In this document: in pieces, positions 45,630 to 54,448 of the stretch
Position numbering within the stretch: position 1 is the stretch's first letter
Layout of the letters: each line of letters begins with the position of its first letter
IMG/VR virus record: IMGVR_UViG_3300017971_000337
Span: 1 to 54,448 of that record
From: a virus
Taxonomy: Duplodnaviria; Caudoviricetes
Strand: one strand, 5' to 3'
Length of the DNA stretch: 54,448 nt
Translations under genes and position numbers: made by a program
The notes under the pieces: model-generated
Database searches by the model: none
Told to the model about the DNA's origin: nothing
Seen by the model: the letters and a program-made list of their open reading frames with translations, nothing else

Positions 45630-46405
45630 AAGACAATTTTAATGAAGCCTATTTGGCATTGGCTGATACACTTGTTAACCACCCGGACTATCGTACAGTG
45701 AACAGGAAGGGTGAACGAGTGTATGAAATCTTAAATGCCTCTTTCCAAGTATTGGATCCGAGAAATTGCTTTGCAACTTGTCGGGAAATGTCTTTAAAGT
45801 ATTTGGAAGGCGAGCTGTATTTCTATGGGAGCGGGAGCCCGAGGCTCTATGACATAGCACAACATGCACCCTTCTGGGAAAACTGCACAGATGATGGATG
45901 GAGTGTTAATAGTAATTATGGAAAGCTGTTATTGCATGATGTTAACGCAAGGAACTGGACTCAATATGAGTATGTCTTAAGGACCTTGGCGAAGAACCCT
46001 AACAGTAAAAAAGCTGTCGCGGTTATCTATAGGGATTTCCATGCGTATCCAAGTAATGATAACCCTTGCACGATGTACTTACAATTCTTTATCCGTGAAA
46101 ATAGGTTGCATATCTTTGTTAAGATGCGGTCATCAGACATCTGGTTCGGTCTGCCTTATGATGTGCCTTTCTTTACGCTAATCTTATGCAAGCTTCATAA
46201 GGATTTACAGGCTCTTGGACATAAAGACTTGGAGCTTGGTACTTACAACCATCAGTCAGGGAGCCAACATCTATACGAAAGAAACCTTGGAAAGATACAG
46301 GACATGTTGGACGAGGATTTCCGGGAAGAACCGAGTGTTCAAAAAGGGTTATTTGACCGGTTTATTTTACCCTATATCAGCGAAACTATAGACGAGAGGG
46401 AATAA
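45617..46405 (+). CDS. Thymidylate synthase-family pyrimidine hydroxymethylase/methylase
   Basis: NSNYG, D.PC, MRSSD.WFG.PYD and GS.HLYE motifs; Asp where thymidylate synthase has its dUMP-selecting Asn. Confidence 0.88.
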   Translation: MYLVEDNFNEAYLALADTLVNHPDYRTVNRKGERVYEILNASFQVLDPRNCFATCREMSLKYLEGELYFYGSGSPRLYDIAQHAPFWENCTDDGWSVNSNYGKLLLHDVNARNWTQYEYVLRTLAKNPNSKKAVAVIYRDFHAYPSNDNPCTMYLQFFIRENRLHIFVKMRSSDIWFGLPYDVPFFTLILCKLHKDLQALGHKDLELGTYNHQSGSQHLYERNLGKIQDMLDEDFREEPSVQKGLFDRFILPYISETIDERE

Positions 46406-46406
46406 C

Positions 46407-46898
46407 ATGGAAAACTATATTGACTTAGAACTTGTTGACCAATTTTTTGAAAGGGCTCATTATCAAGCATCTCTCGCTGTTTGCATGAAGAAAAAAGTTG
46501 GCGCTGTCATGGTGAACAATATGTCCGGCGAAATAGTTGGAAAGGGCTTCGGCGGAGCGAAAGAACCCTGTAAAGAATGTGTCCGTAAAAAGTTGGACTG
46601 GCAACAGGACGGATGTTGGGCTGTTCACTCTGAGCTCAGGGCTATATTTAATTTCTTTGAGCGAAACGGATTTCACACTTCACTTCCATTTGCGATGATG
46701 TTTGTAACTCATGGTCCCTGCGACCAATGTATTAAATATATGCACTATTTTGGAATACCCATAATAGCATACGACATTGAATACCACAATGACTACTCTA
46801 AATGGGACGGAAAAGTGCGTATATTTCAGAAGGAAGAATTGAAAAAAGAAATAAAGGAGGCAAGAGAAGATGCAAAAACTTACTTACCACCAGTTTAA
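46407..46898 (+). CDS. dCMP deaminase-family protein
   Basis: C.K.KVGA, HSE.RA and PC..C zinc motifs. Confidence 0.88.
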   Translation: MENYIDLELVDQFFERAHYQASLAVCMKKKVGAVMVNNMSGEIVGKGFGGAKEPCKECVRKKLDWQQDGCWAVHSELRAIFNFFERNGFHTSLPFAMMFVTHGPCDQCIKYMHYFGIPIIAYDIEYHNDYSKWDGKVRIFQKEELKKEIKEAREDAKTYLPPV

Positions 46899-48714
46899 AG
46901 ATGACAAGTTGATAGCTGTAGATATTGAAACGAAAGACCCAGACCTTATCAAAAAGGGTCCTTCCGTGTATAGAGGCGGAGGTTACATCGTTGGCGTTTC
47001 TTTTGCGAACGCTGATATCTCGGAGTACTATCCACTCAGGCACCCGGACACGGACGACGATACAAGGGTTAAGAATCTCAAGTACATAGAAGAACAACTT
47101 TCTTCAGATAACAGGAAGGTGTTTGCTAATGGAATGTACGACCTGGATTGGCTGGAGAATTGGGAAAAGATACCTGTGAAGGGTACGATTGACGATGTAC
47201 AGTGGGCGGAACCGCTCTTAGATGAATATCGTTCAAGTTACTCCTTAAATTCACTGGCTGAAAAGTATTTAGAAAGGGAAAAGATACCGGACGGTATAGC
47301 CGAATATTGCGTACAGCAGGGTTGGATAAAACAGGGTGCAAAGGGAGCTATCAACCATCTATGGAGGGTTCCTTATAATGTTGTTAGACCTTATGCTGAG
47401 ATGGATACAAGATTGACATACGATGTGTTCGTAAAGCAACTACCTATATTGGAACAGCAGAACCTGACAGACCTGTATAGTTTGGAAACTAGTCTATACC
47501 CTTTATTGCTAAATATGCGCAGGGTCGGTGTACGGCTTGATTCAAGCAATCTTATGGATACAGGTATGAAACTGTCAGATATCGCATACGACATGGGACA
47601 GGAACTGGAAAAGATTCTTGGAAGGGAAGTGAATGTAAACAGTAAACATGACATGACAGACCTGTTTAATGCTGTTAAGATTCCTATCCGTTATCATCCA
47701 CCAACAGAAAAAATGATGATGGACGGGGAGACAAGAGGCAATCCCAGGTTCGATAAAGAAACACTCGGGCGAATAGACCATCCAGTTTGTAAACAGGTTC
47801 TTGAGCTGAGGCACATAACAACCTTACTGAATATGTTCATACATCCTTACACTGAACAGATTGTCGATAACAGGTTACATGGACAATTTCATCCGTTAAG
47901 GAATGATGATTATGGAACGGTCAGTGGACGGTTTTCAAGTTCCAATCCTAACTTGCAACAAGTTAGTGGACGTAACGAAGAAGAACATGTCCACGGAGGA
48001 AGTGAAATCTTAAGTGGACAAGTCATAAGGAAATTGTTCTTGCCCGAAGAAGGGTGTGACTGGTTGAAAGTAGATTGGAATCAAATTGAATACAGGTTGA
48101 TAGCACACTACGCACAGGGTGAAGGAGCTGATACAATTCGCAAAAGATACAGGGACAATCCAGAAACGGATTACCACGCTGAGCTCATGGAAATGACTGG
48201 AATCGAAAGCAGGAAAACAATTAAGACGCTGAACTTTGGAGCTGCGTATGGAATGGGAGTCGCAACAATGGCTAAGAAGTATGGTTGGAATGAAAGGGAA
48301 GCGAATGCGGTCTACAAGATGTATCATAGTAAAGTCCCGTTTGTTAAGGAAACGAGTAAACGAGTATCATTGAGGGCTAAAAAGCTCGGGTATATAAGGA
48401 CGATACTTGACCGGCGAGCGAGGCTTTCTAACCCGAATAAAGCATATGTTATGTTTAATCGGCTGATACAGGGTGGAGCTGCAGACCTTATGAAAAAGGC
48501 GATGTCTGATGCCTGGAAGGAAGGCGTCTTTAATGTCTTAATCCCGCACATAACAGTCCATGATGAGCTGGATTGTAGTGTTCCTAAGACAAAGGAGGGA
48601 AAGGAAGCTGTTCAGCATCTAAAATATGTGATGGAAAATTGCGTGGAATTACGAGTACCTGTTATCGCCGATTGCGAAATGGGACCAAATTGGGGCGAAC
48701 TGGAGGCGATATGA
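46870..48714 (+). CDS. polA: DNA polymerase, family A, with 3'-5' exonuclease
   Basis: DIET, GRFSSSNPNLQQ, DWNQIEYR (motif A), KTLNFG..YG (motif B), TVHDEL (motif C). Confidence 0.95.
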   Translation: MQKLTYHQFKDDKLIAVDIETKDPDLIKKGPSVYRGGGYIVGVSFANADISEYYPLRHPDTDDDTRVKNLKYIEEQLSSDNRKVFANGMYDLDWLENWEKIPVKGTIDDVQWAEPLLDEYRSSYSLNSLAEKYLEREKIPDGIAEYCVQQGWIKQGAKGAINHLWRVPYNVVRPYAEMDTRLTYDVFVKQLPILEQQNLTDLYSLETSLYPLLLNMRRVGVRLDSSNLMDTGMKLSDIAYDMGQELEKILGREVNVNSKHDMTDLFNAVKIPIRYHPPTEKMMMDGETRGNPRFDKETLGRIDHPVCKQVLELRHITTLLNMFIHPYTEQIVDNRLHGQFHPLRNDDYGTVSGRFSSSNPNLQQVSGRNEEEHVHGGSEILSGQVIRKLFLPEEGCDWLKVDWNQIEYRLIAHYAQGEGADTIRKRYRDNPETDYHAELMEMTGIESRKTIKTLNFGAAYGMGVATMAKKYGWNEREANAVYKMYHSKVPFVKETSKRVSLRAKKLGYIRTILDRRARLSNPNKAYVMFNRLIQGGAADLMKKAMSDAWKEGVFNVLIPHITVHDELDCSVPKTKEGKEAVQHLKYVMENCVELRVPVIADCEMGPNWGELEAI

Positions 48715-49388
48715 CGGAATCTAAAAAAGAGAAAAGCTGTTTGGTTACTCAGAATTTGATAAGCTCTATCAATTGGTGTATGTCTGCTCCCAATAGTGTT
48801 ATCAAACCTGAGAAGGGTGGCGATGGACAAATGACATGGAAACAAAAAGCATACGATGACCTGCATAATATTGTAAACAGGGTTAAGACGCCTTTCCCTG
48901 AGCCAGCCAGACAGGGAGTAGAGTTTGAGAAACAGGTATACAAGTGCGCGAGCTCAGTTACAATGAAGGGTTCTAAGAACTTTCAGGAAGTTGTGAATGC
49001 TGTTAAAGGTTATGAGTTCTATCAAAAAGGTGGACTGACTAAACTTATAGGTGGACACCAGTGTTACCTGTACGCGAAGTATGATGCGATAAGAAAGGGC
49101 GATAAGCTGATAGACATTAAGACGACAGCTTCTTACAAGCCTGGGAAGTATCTAAATGGATTTCAGCATAAACTCTATTGCTACATCGCGGACATAGACT
49201 GGTTCAAATATGTTATAGCTGAGTGGGACAAGTATCCAAAGATAAAGGATGTCTATGAGGAAGTGTTTGAAGTCACTGACAAAGAGATGTTGGAGAAGGA
49301 AATTGAGTACACGATTATGGACGCCTTTGAGTTACTGAAAGACCTTAATCTTTGGGATGCATATCGTGAAACCTATTGTCTATACTAA
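48711..49388 (+). CDS. PD-(D/E)XK exonuclease-like protein
   Basis: G..FE, YD......IDIKTT and Q...Y motifs; ATGA overlap with polA. Confidence 0.7.
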   Translation: MTESKKEKSCLVTQNLISSINWCMSAPNSVIKPEKGGDGQMTWKQKAYDDLHNIVNRVKTPFPEPARQGVEFEKQVYKCASSVTMKGSKNFQEVVNAVKGYEFYQKGGLTKLIGGHQCYLYAKYDAIRKGDKLIDIKTTASYKPGKYLNGFQHKLYCYIADIDWFKYVIAEWDKYPKIKDVYEEVFEVTDKEMLEKEIEYTIMDAFELLKDLNLWDAYRETYCLY

Positions 49389-49414
49389 AGAACGAAAGTG
49401 TCCTAGGAAATGTA

Positions 49415-49456
49415 GGAACCAGGGTCGTCTAATAGACGGCTCTTGGTTCTGCTTTT
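49415..49456 (+). terminator. Possible terminator hairpin
   Basis: GAACCAGGGTCGTCTA/TAGACGGCTCTTGGTTC imperfect stem with a short T-run. Confidence 0.45.
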
Positions 49457-49504
49457 ATGAAAATGAAAAGAACTATAAGACTTGTAAATTTTACTGGAGG
49501 AAAG

Positions 49505-49873
49505 ATGGGAAAGAAGAAAAGGAAGAGAAAGGTTAAGAGGCAGGAAACTGAGGGCATTATGCTCCGTAAAAAGTTCCGCTATACCCCGCCAACTCATGTC
49601 TTAAAGGGTGTAGAACTGGATAAGTTCGTAGAGTTCTTGCGAAAAGAAATCGTTGGGAGCTACGGAGTAATGAATCTTGGACAGGTCTTGAGAAGGTTAA
49701 TCACAAGGCATAACTACATGGACAAGGACAATGCTATGAACTACTTACACTATCTCGCAGAGAGAAAGGCTCTAAACCCGATCAAACAGGTGAATACAGG
49801 TAAAAAGAAGGACTTGTACTTTTTAATGGGATTTAAGCCTGAAAATTTTTACGAAGGAGAAAAGGAAAAATGA
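49505..49873 (+). CDS. Hypothetical basic protein
   Basis: GGAGG RBS before ATG 49505; ATGA overlap with the SNF2 gene. Confidence 0.65.
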   Translation: MGKKKRKRKVKRQETEGIMLRKKFRYTPPTHVLKGVELDKFVEFLRKEIVGSYGVMNLGQVLRRLITRHNYMDKDNAMNYLHYLAERKALNPIKQVNTGKKKDLYFLMGFKPENFYEGEKEK

Positions 49874-51516
49874 ACTTAGAAAAAACGAAAGAAGTACCAA
49901 AGATGTATAATCACCAGGAAGAAGCACTACAGTTTATACTACCAAAGAACTATTTCGCATTATTTATGGAACAGGGGACAGGGAAAAGTAAAGTTGTTAT
50001 CGAGAAAGCGTACAGTCTGTGGAATGCACAGGAAATTGATTGTGTGATAATAATCAGTCCAAATGCGGTCAAAGAACAATGGGTTACAGAACAATTCCCA
50101 GAACATTATCCTTCTGAAAAGTGGTACGGAATAGTTTGGCAAGGAAAAGAACCAAAGGCGTTCCAACAAGAATTTGTAAGAGCAGGGCGCGACAAGAAGA
50201 ACCTCTTTGTTTTTTCAATCAATGTGGAGGCGTTCCAGGCGAAAAGAATAGACAAATATGTAGAAGCGTTGATTGAAGATAGAAAATTGATGGTTATTGT
50301 TGACGAAAGCACTAGGATAAAAAACGGAAGAAGAAAGCCGAGACGAGGGAAACGAAAAGGTGCTAAGAGAACAAATAAGATTCTGGATTACTTTAAAGAT
50401 GTGACTCATAAGTGTATCTTAACAGGTACACCGACACCGAACAGTCCTTTCGACCTATGGAGTCAGTTTGAATTTTTACGAAGGGATTATTTTGAAAAGG
50501 ATTTCTTTTATTTCAAGCATCATTATGGGATACTAATACAAAAAGCAACCCAGGAAGGGCGGAGATATACAACAGTCTTAGATGAAAAGTCGTACGCAAT
50601 TATAAAGCACAAGCTGAAACAATTTCCAAAGTTATCACATTCTATACTGGAAGACTTAGCAGCTGCTAATAGGATGAAAGTATCTGACATCATAACAATA
50701 AACAAGATGGAGAAATATACAGGGTATAAGAATCTTAAAGAATTGAAGGATAGGATTAGTCGTGTCACATTTTTTGTTAAGAAACAAGATTGTCTCGACC
50801 TTCCGGACAAGGTTTATGAAAAGTTATATTGCGAAATGAAAGGTACACAGAAGAAGCTGTATAACGACCTAAAAAAGCAGATGTACGCTGAATTTTCGGG
50901 GAAAGAAATAACCGTCGTTAATAAAGTAGTGATGGTTCTACGGCTCCAGATGATAGCCGGAGGCCTCTTCCCCTGTACGGATACGGATATAAAATTGGAC
51001 AAGGATGGAAATGAGTACTTTGATTCTGTATACACCTATGAACCACTGGAAGATAACTGTAAGATGTCTGTACTACTCGGTGACCTGGAAGAAGTTTCTA
51101 AAGATACTCAGATTATAATCTGGGCGAGGTTTAGAGGGGAAATAGACCTCATTGTTAATAACCTGAGGGAAAATGGTTACTCCTGTAGAAGGTATTATGG
51201 CGGGAGTAAGTATGAAGTTATAGACCAGTTCAAGCGGAATGAGTTTAGGATACTTGTAGGAAACCCACAGAAGGGTGGAGAAGGACTCAACCTCCAGAAT
51301 GCAACCCTTCATTACTACTACAGTAATTCATTCAAGGCTGATTCTCGACTACAATCCGAAGACCGAAGCCATCGCATTGGTCAAACAAATAAGGTGACCT
51401 ATAAAGACCTCATTTGTAAGAAGACTGTAGATGAAAGAATATATCAAATCTTAAAGAACAAGGAGGATTTAATAAACTATTTTAGAACAAAGGGTATAGG
51501 AGAGTTTTTAAAATGA
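49870..51516 (+). CDS. SNF2-family (SF2) helicase
   Basis: MEQGTGKS, VDES, LTGTP, GGEGLNL and QSEDR.HRIGQ motifs. Confidence 0.93.
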   Translation: MNLEKTKEVPKMYNHQEEALQFILPKNYFALFMEQGTGKSKVVIEKAYSLWNAQEIDCVIIISPNAVKEQWVTEQFPEHYPSEKWYGIVWQGKEPKAFQQEFVRAGRDKKNLFVFSINVEAFQAKRIDKYVEALIEDRKLMVIVDESTRIKNGRRKPRRGKRKGAKRTNKILDYFKDVTHKCILTGTPTPNSPFDLWSQFEFLRRDYFEKDFFYFKHHYGILIQKATQEGRRYTTVLDEKSYAIIKHKLKQFPKLSHSILEDLAAANRMKVSDIITINKMEKYTGYKNLKELKDRISRVTFFVKKQDCLDLPDKVYEKLYCEMKGTQKKLYNDLKKQMYAEFSGKEITVVNKVVMVLRLQMIAGGLFPCTDTDIKLDKDGNEYFDSVYTYEPLEDNCKMSVLLGDLEEVSKDTQIIIWARFRGEIDLIVNNLRENGYSCRRYYGGSKYEVIDQFKRNEFRILVGNPQKGGEGLNLQNATLHYYYSNSFKADSRLQSEDRSHRIGQTNKVTYKDLICKKTVDERIYQILKNKEDLINYFRTKGIGEFLK

Positions 51517-51866
51517 CAGAAAGTCAAGTGTATCAAAGATTTGTACGACCCGACCTTCAAAGGCGAGACTGTTTCTTTCAAAGGATTGAACAACCACATA
51601 CTCCAGATATTTATATATCAAGGGACGGAAAGGTTCTGTGGGCGGAGTTAAAGGTTATCAATCGTTTACAAAGAGGTACAGTTAAGCCGGACTGGAGAAT
51701 CGGTCAACTACAATGGATAAAAGTGCATGAAGGCTATAACGAAGGACATGTTTGTTTGATCCTTTACTATGATGGCGAAGTTATGTACTTAGAACCAAAA
51801 GAACAATATCAACCGGAGGAACTACAATGTCAGAAGAATCATTATTTCCTGAAACTGGGTCTTTAG
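51513..51866 (+). CDS. VRR-NUC/Holliday junction resolvase-like nuclease
   Basis: ES, R.E....PD, W.ELK and Q..W motifs. Confidence 0.75.
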   Translation: MTESQVYQRFVRPDLQRRDCFFQRIEQPHTPDIYISRDGKVLWAELKVINRLQRGTVKPDWRIGQLQWIKVHEGYNEGHVCLILYYDGEVMYLEPKEQYQPEELQCQKNHYFLKLGL

Positions 51867-52369
51867 TAGATGAAGACATGATGGCGAAGCTATCAAAGGA
51901 ATGTACAAGATTAAACAATTTGGAAAAGGAGGTGATGGAAAAGGAAGAACAGTTAAAAAACCTTAAAAAACAGGTTGAAATCGTCTCTAGGGAGACAATT
52001 CCAGCTATCTTTAATGAGCTGAACCTGTCGTCCTTACAATTATCGACCGGCGAAAAGGTTGAGATTAAGGATGAGCTGAAAGCATCTATAGCACAAAAGA
52101 ACTACCTGGAAGCGTACAAAAATATGGTGGACGCTGAAGGAGGGGATGAAGAAAAAATAGACTCCCTCTTTAAGACTCAAACGGTTATAGATGGGCTGGA
52201 TGATGAGTTACTTGACTTTTTACTGGAAGAAGAAATTACTTACGATGTAAAAAGGTCAATACACCATCAAACACTAAAGAAGTACTGCAAGGAAAGACTT
52301 GAGAAAGGTCTTACGATACCAGATGGTATCTCAACATTTCAGTATCAAGAAACTAAAATAACAAGATAA
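51827..52369 (+). CDS. Conserved phage replication-region coiled-coil protein
   Basis: IP....E......L..G and IH.QTLK....E....G..IP motifs; GGAGG RBS. Confidence 0.65.
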   Translation: MSEESLFPETGSLVDEDMMAKLSKECTRLNNLEKEVMEKEEQLKNLKKQVEIVSRETIPAIFNELNLSSLQLSTGEKVEIKDELKASIAQKNYLEAYKNMVDAEGGDEEKIDSLFKTQTVIDGLDDELLDFLLEEEITYDVKRSIHHQTLKKYCKERLEKGLTIPDGISTFQYQETKITR

Positions 52370-52382
52370 GGAGAAATTAATC

Positions 52383-53132
52383 ATGGCACAAAAGAAAAAT
52401 GGAGCAGTAGCAACAACAGAAACAACAGACGTAGCAATGTTTGATACAGGGATGGGTACAGGTTTTGAAAAGACAGATGCGCAAACATTCAAAACACCAT
52501 TCATAAAAATCCTACAAGCAATGAGCCCGGAGCTCAAGAAAAGTGACGCCAAATATATTCCAGGAGCAGAGCAGGGAATGTTTTGCAACAGCGCAACACA
52601 GGAATTGTATGAAACAATTGATGTCGTGGTACTCAAGGTGGAACACTCCCTTGTAGTTTGGAGACCGGATAGAGGCGGATTTGTTGGACGACACCATAAG
52701 AGCGAAGAAAACAATATTGTTTCTACTCGGGAAGGTGTTAAGAAATGGGATGCGGAAGGAAATGAAGTTGTGGATACAATTGAATTTTTCTGTCTGAACA
52801 TAGACGACCCATCTGACATCTTTATACTGCCAATGTCAACAGCATCTATCAAACATGGAAAAGGATTCGCGACAAGGTTAAGAATGCTGAAAGCAGATGG
52901 AAAACCTGTCAATGTTTCCTGGGCTGGTGTTTGGAAACTTGGAACGGTCGAAGAATCCAATGATAAGGGTTCATGGTTTACAGTCGGGGCGACGCCCAAT
53001 TTTGAAAGGTTTATTACAATGGACGAACGGGACAGCTTTATAAAACCGGCGATAGACCTGTTAAAAACGGCTGAAACCGACTATTCAGCCATGAGCGATG
53101 AAGAAGAAAAAGCGGAGGATGTAGAGTATTAA
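52383..53132 (+). CDS. Putative ssDNA-binding protein
   Basis: G.GFE, PF.KILQ..SPE, GA..G and N.KGSW motifs; acidic C-terminal tail. Confidence 0.65.
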   Translation: MAQKKNGAVATTETTDVAMFDTGMGTGFEKTDAQTFKTPFIKILQAMSPELKKSDAKYIPGAEQGMFCNSATQELYETIDVVVLKVEHSLVVWRPDRGGFVGRHHKSEENNIVSTREGVKKWDAEGNEVVDTIEFFCLNIDDPSDIFILPMSTASIKHGKGFATRLRMLKADGKPVNVSWAGVWKLGTVEESNDKGSWFTVGATPNFERFITMDERDSFIKPAIDLLKTAETDYSAMSDEEEKAEDVEY

Positions 53133-53149
53133 GCTTGAGCCAAATTCTA

Positions 53150-53186
53150 ACTTCCCCTCGCCATCACGGGAGGGGAAGTACTTTTT
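53150..53186 (+). terminator. Intrinsic terminator
   Basis: ACTTCCCCTC...GAGGGGAAGT followed by ACTTTTT. Confidence 0.65.
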
Positions 53187-54215
53187 ATGGAGAAAATTAT
53201 GGGACAAGAAATGAAAATAAGAGGGAAGTTTCCAGTAGAACTTCCTACAGAATATAATCCTGAAATAGGACCAGTCACAGGTTTAGACATAATAAGGGAC
53301 GCAATGCACAGGTTTGAATACTGGGACAGGGCACTTCTATGTCAAGAAAAGATGGATGGCTGGTTTGGTATTTTGATAAAAGAAAACAATAAATGCCGAT
53401 GGGTGCGAGGCTGGAAAGAGTACGGAATGTTGCAAGAAGCACTTAAACAAGTAGAGGAATACCTTCCGGATGATTCTATAGTTGTTTGTGAAGTTATGTA
53501 TGGAACACCATACGGTTCCGCGATGGCTGAACGACTAGGTTACGTTCGTGTATACATCACAGATGTATTGAAGTGGAATGGAAAAGTTGTAGCCGAAGAA
53601 CCAACAGGAAAACGGTTCTTACTTCTATCTGAGTATTTCCGTGGAAGTAACTTTAAAACCAATGGACATCTTTGTCTGGTCAGGACACTTCCATTGAAGG
53701 CAGGTAATCCAGAAGAAAGTAAACGAAAGGCATGGGTCATGTTCAATGATATCTATCGAGAAGGCGGAGAAGGGCTTATCCTTAAGGATATATCGATACC
53801 GTACGTCCTTCGAAGTAAGACAAAGTATATGTGGAAGGTAAAGAAATACGAAGTCAAAAGTTATGTTGTCATGGGGTTTCAGGATTCATCGGCTGTAACT
53901 TATCACGCAAAAGGGATGGAAGTTTCTTCGCTAATAGGAGGTCTCTATGTAGATGGAAAGTTGAAAGAGGCTACAAAGACAAGCGGATTTGACTTTGACT
54001 GGAGAAAGAAGTTTACAGATAACCCTGAAGAGTATATAGGGAAAGTTGTAGATATAGCTGGAAATGAAATCTTTAAAGATGGAGCCATGAGGCATTCCAC
54101 GATGTTGTATTTCCGTCCAGATATATCGCCGAAGGGCTGTACCCTGCACCCAAATGAAGGACAGCCGAAAGAGGGGAAATTTAAGAAACCTCAGGCTGGA
54201 ATACAGCGGATATAA
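53187..54215 (+). CDS. ATP-dependent DNA ligase
   Basis: QEKMDG (motif I), EGLILK (IV), KVK (V); OB-fold ending RH......RPD. Confidence 0.85.
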   Translation: MEKIMGQEMKIRGKFPVELPTEYNPEIGPVTGLDIIRDAMHRFEYWDRALLCQEKMDGWFGILIKENNKCRWVRGWKEYGMLQEALKQVEEYLPDDSIVVCEVMYGTPYGSAMAERLGYVRVYITDVLKWNGKVVAEEPTGKRFLLLSEYFRGSNFKTNGHLCLVRTLPLKAGNPEESKRKAWVMFNDIYREGGEGLILKDISIPYVLRSKTKYMWKVKKYEVKSYVVMGFQDSSAVTYHAKGMEVSSLIGGLYVDGKLKEATKTSGFDFDWRKKFTDNPEEYIGKVVDIAGNEIFKDGAMRHSTMLYFRPDISPKGCTLHPNEGQPKEGKFKKPQAGIQRI

Positions 54216-54284
54216 TGGAATATAATTATATACAGGGTATAAAACCCTTATCTATGGATTTTAGAGACCTGTACGGTCTTTATA

Positions 54285-54313
54285 TTGCGCTCAAAAACTA
54301 ATATATGTATAGT
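54285..54313 (+). promoter_or_regulatory. sigma70-type promoter
   Basis: TTGCGC-17 bp-TATAGT upstream of an AGGAGG RBS and ATG 54339. Confidence 0.55.
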
Positions 54314-54338
54314 AAAAATTAACTAACAGGAGGCACAG

Positions 54339-54448
54339 ATGTATTTATCGTCAGTAGGAACTCACGCTATCCAGATGCCGGCTGAGCCGGTATTCACAAG
54401 ACATCCAAAGAAAAGGAATGTCGGTGTACTTTACAAGAGGTTTGCGGT
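54339..54448 (+). CDS. 5' part of the DUF1353-like gene that continues at position 15
   Basis: AGGAGG RBS; frame stays open to the end and joins frame 1 through the 14-nt overlap. Confidence 0.75.
   Translation, partial: MYLSSVGTHAIQMPAEPVFTRHPKKRNVGVLYKRFA

Larger units (their letters stand above)
1..54448. mobile_element. Complete or near-complete lytic tailed bacteriophage genome (siphovirus-like), circularly permuted
   Basis: Full set of packaging, head, neck, tail, lysis and replication genes in two divergent blocks; 14-nt terminal overlap; no integrase or host housekeeping genes. Confidence 0.95.

Noticed and set aside
45078-48714. Z-genome (2-aminoadenine) system, suggested by an HD phosphohydrolase near PolA
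   Set aside because: No PurZ/adenylosuccinate-synthetase homologue or MazZ; the neighbouring genes point to pyrimidine modification
48711-49388. Cas4 of a CRISPR system
   Set aside because: Lacks the four-Cys Fe-S pattern and any cas context; better explained as a phage PD-(D/E)XK exonuclease
34267-54149. Minus-strand ORFs in the early/replication block (e.g. 37714-38199, 52331-52999)
   Set aside because: Antisense to coherent plus-strand genes and without recognisable motifs
1-54448. Stop-codon reassignment, tRNA genes, introns or inteins
   Set aside because: Genes tile densely under the standard code with all three stops in use; TerL, PolA and the helicases are uninterrupted and of normal length; no tRNA cloverleaf recognised by eye (tRNAscan not run)

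Overview
The window looks like a complete, circularly permuted genome of a lytic tailed dsDNA phage, about 54.4 kb and siphovirus-like. The last 14 nt repeat the first 14 nt and one gene reads in frame across that join. No integrase, repressor, tRNA or CRISPR was seen, and the host cannot be read from the sequence. The minus strand (about 33.0 kb to 0.7 kb) carries terminase, a portal fused to a Mu-gpF-like domain, protease/scaffold, capsid, neck, tail tube, a frameshifted chaperone, tape measure, tail tip/fibre proteins and lysis genes. The plus strand (33.8 kb onward) carries small early genes, then replication genes (AEP primase, UvrD-like helicase, PolA, SNF2 helicase, nucleases, SSB-like protein, ligase). 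Three things stand out. (1) A nine-gene sialic/nonulosonic-acid glycosylation cluster lies between the tail terminator and tail tube genes and is translationally coupled to them. It includes a CMP-sialic-acid synthetase fused to a GT29-like sialyltransferase domain with sialylmotifs L, S and VS, which suggests virion glycosylation. (2) A pyrimidine hypermodification cluster sits directly before PolA: TAGT-like glycosyltransferase, B12 radical SAM, 5hmdU DNA-kinase-like protein, HD nucleotidase, an Asp-type thymidylate-synthase homologue and a dCMP deaminase. (3) The 5'-TC-3' dinucleotide is almost absent, on one strand only, across the early genes (none found in 34714-35760). All product calls come from motif recognition by eye, not database searches.
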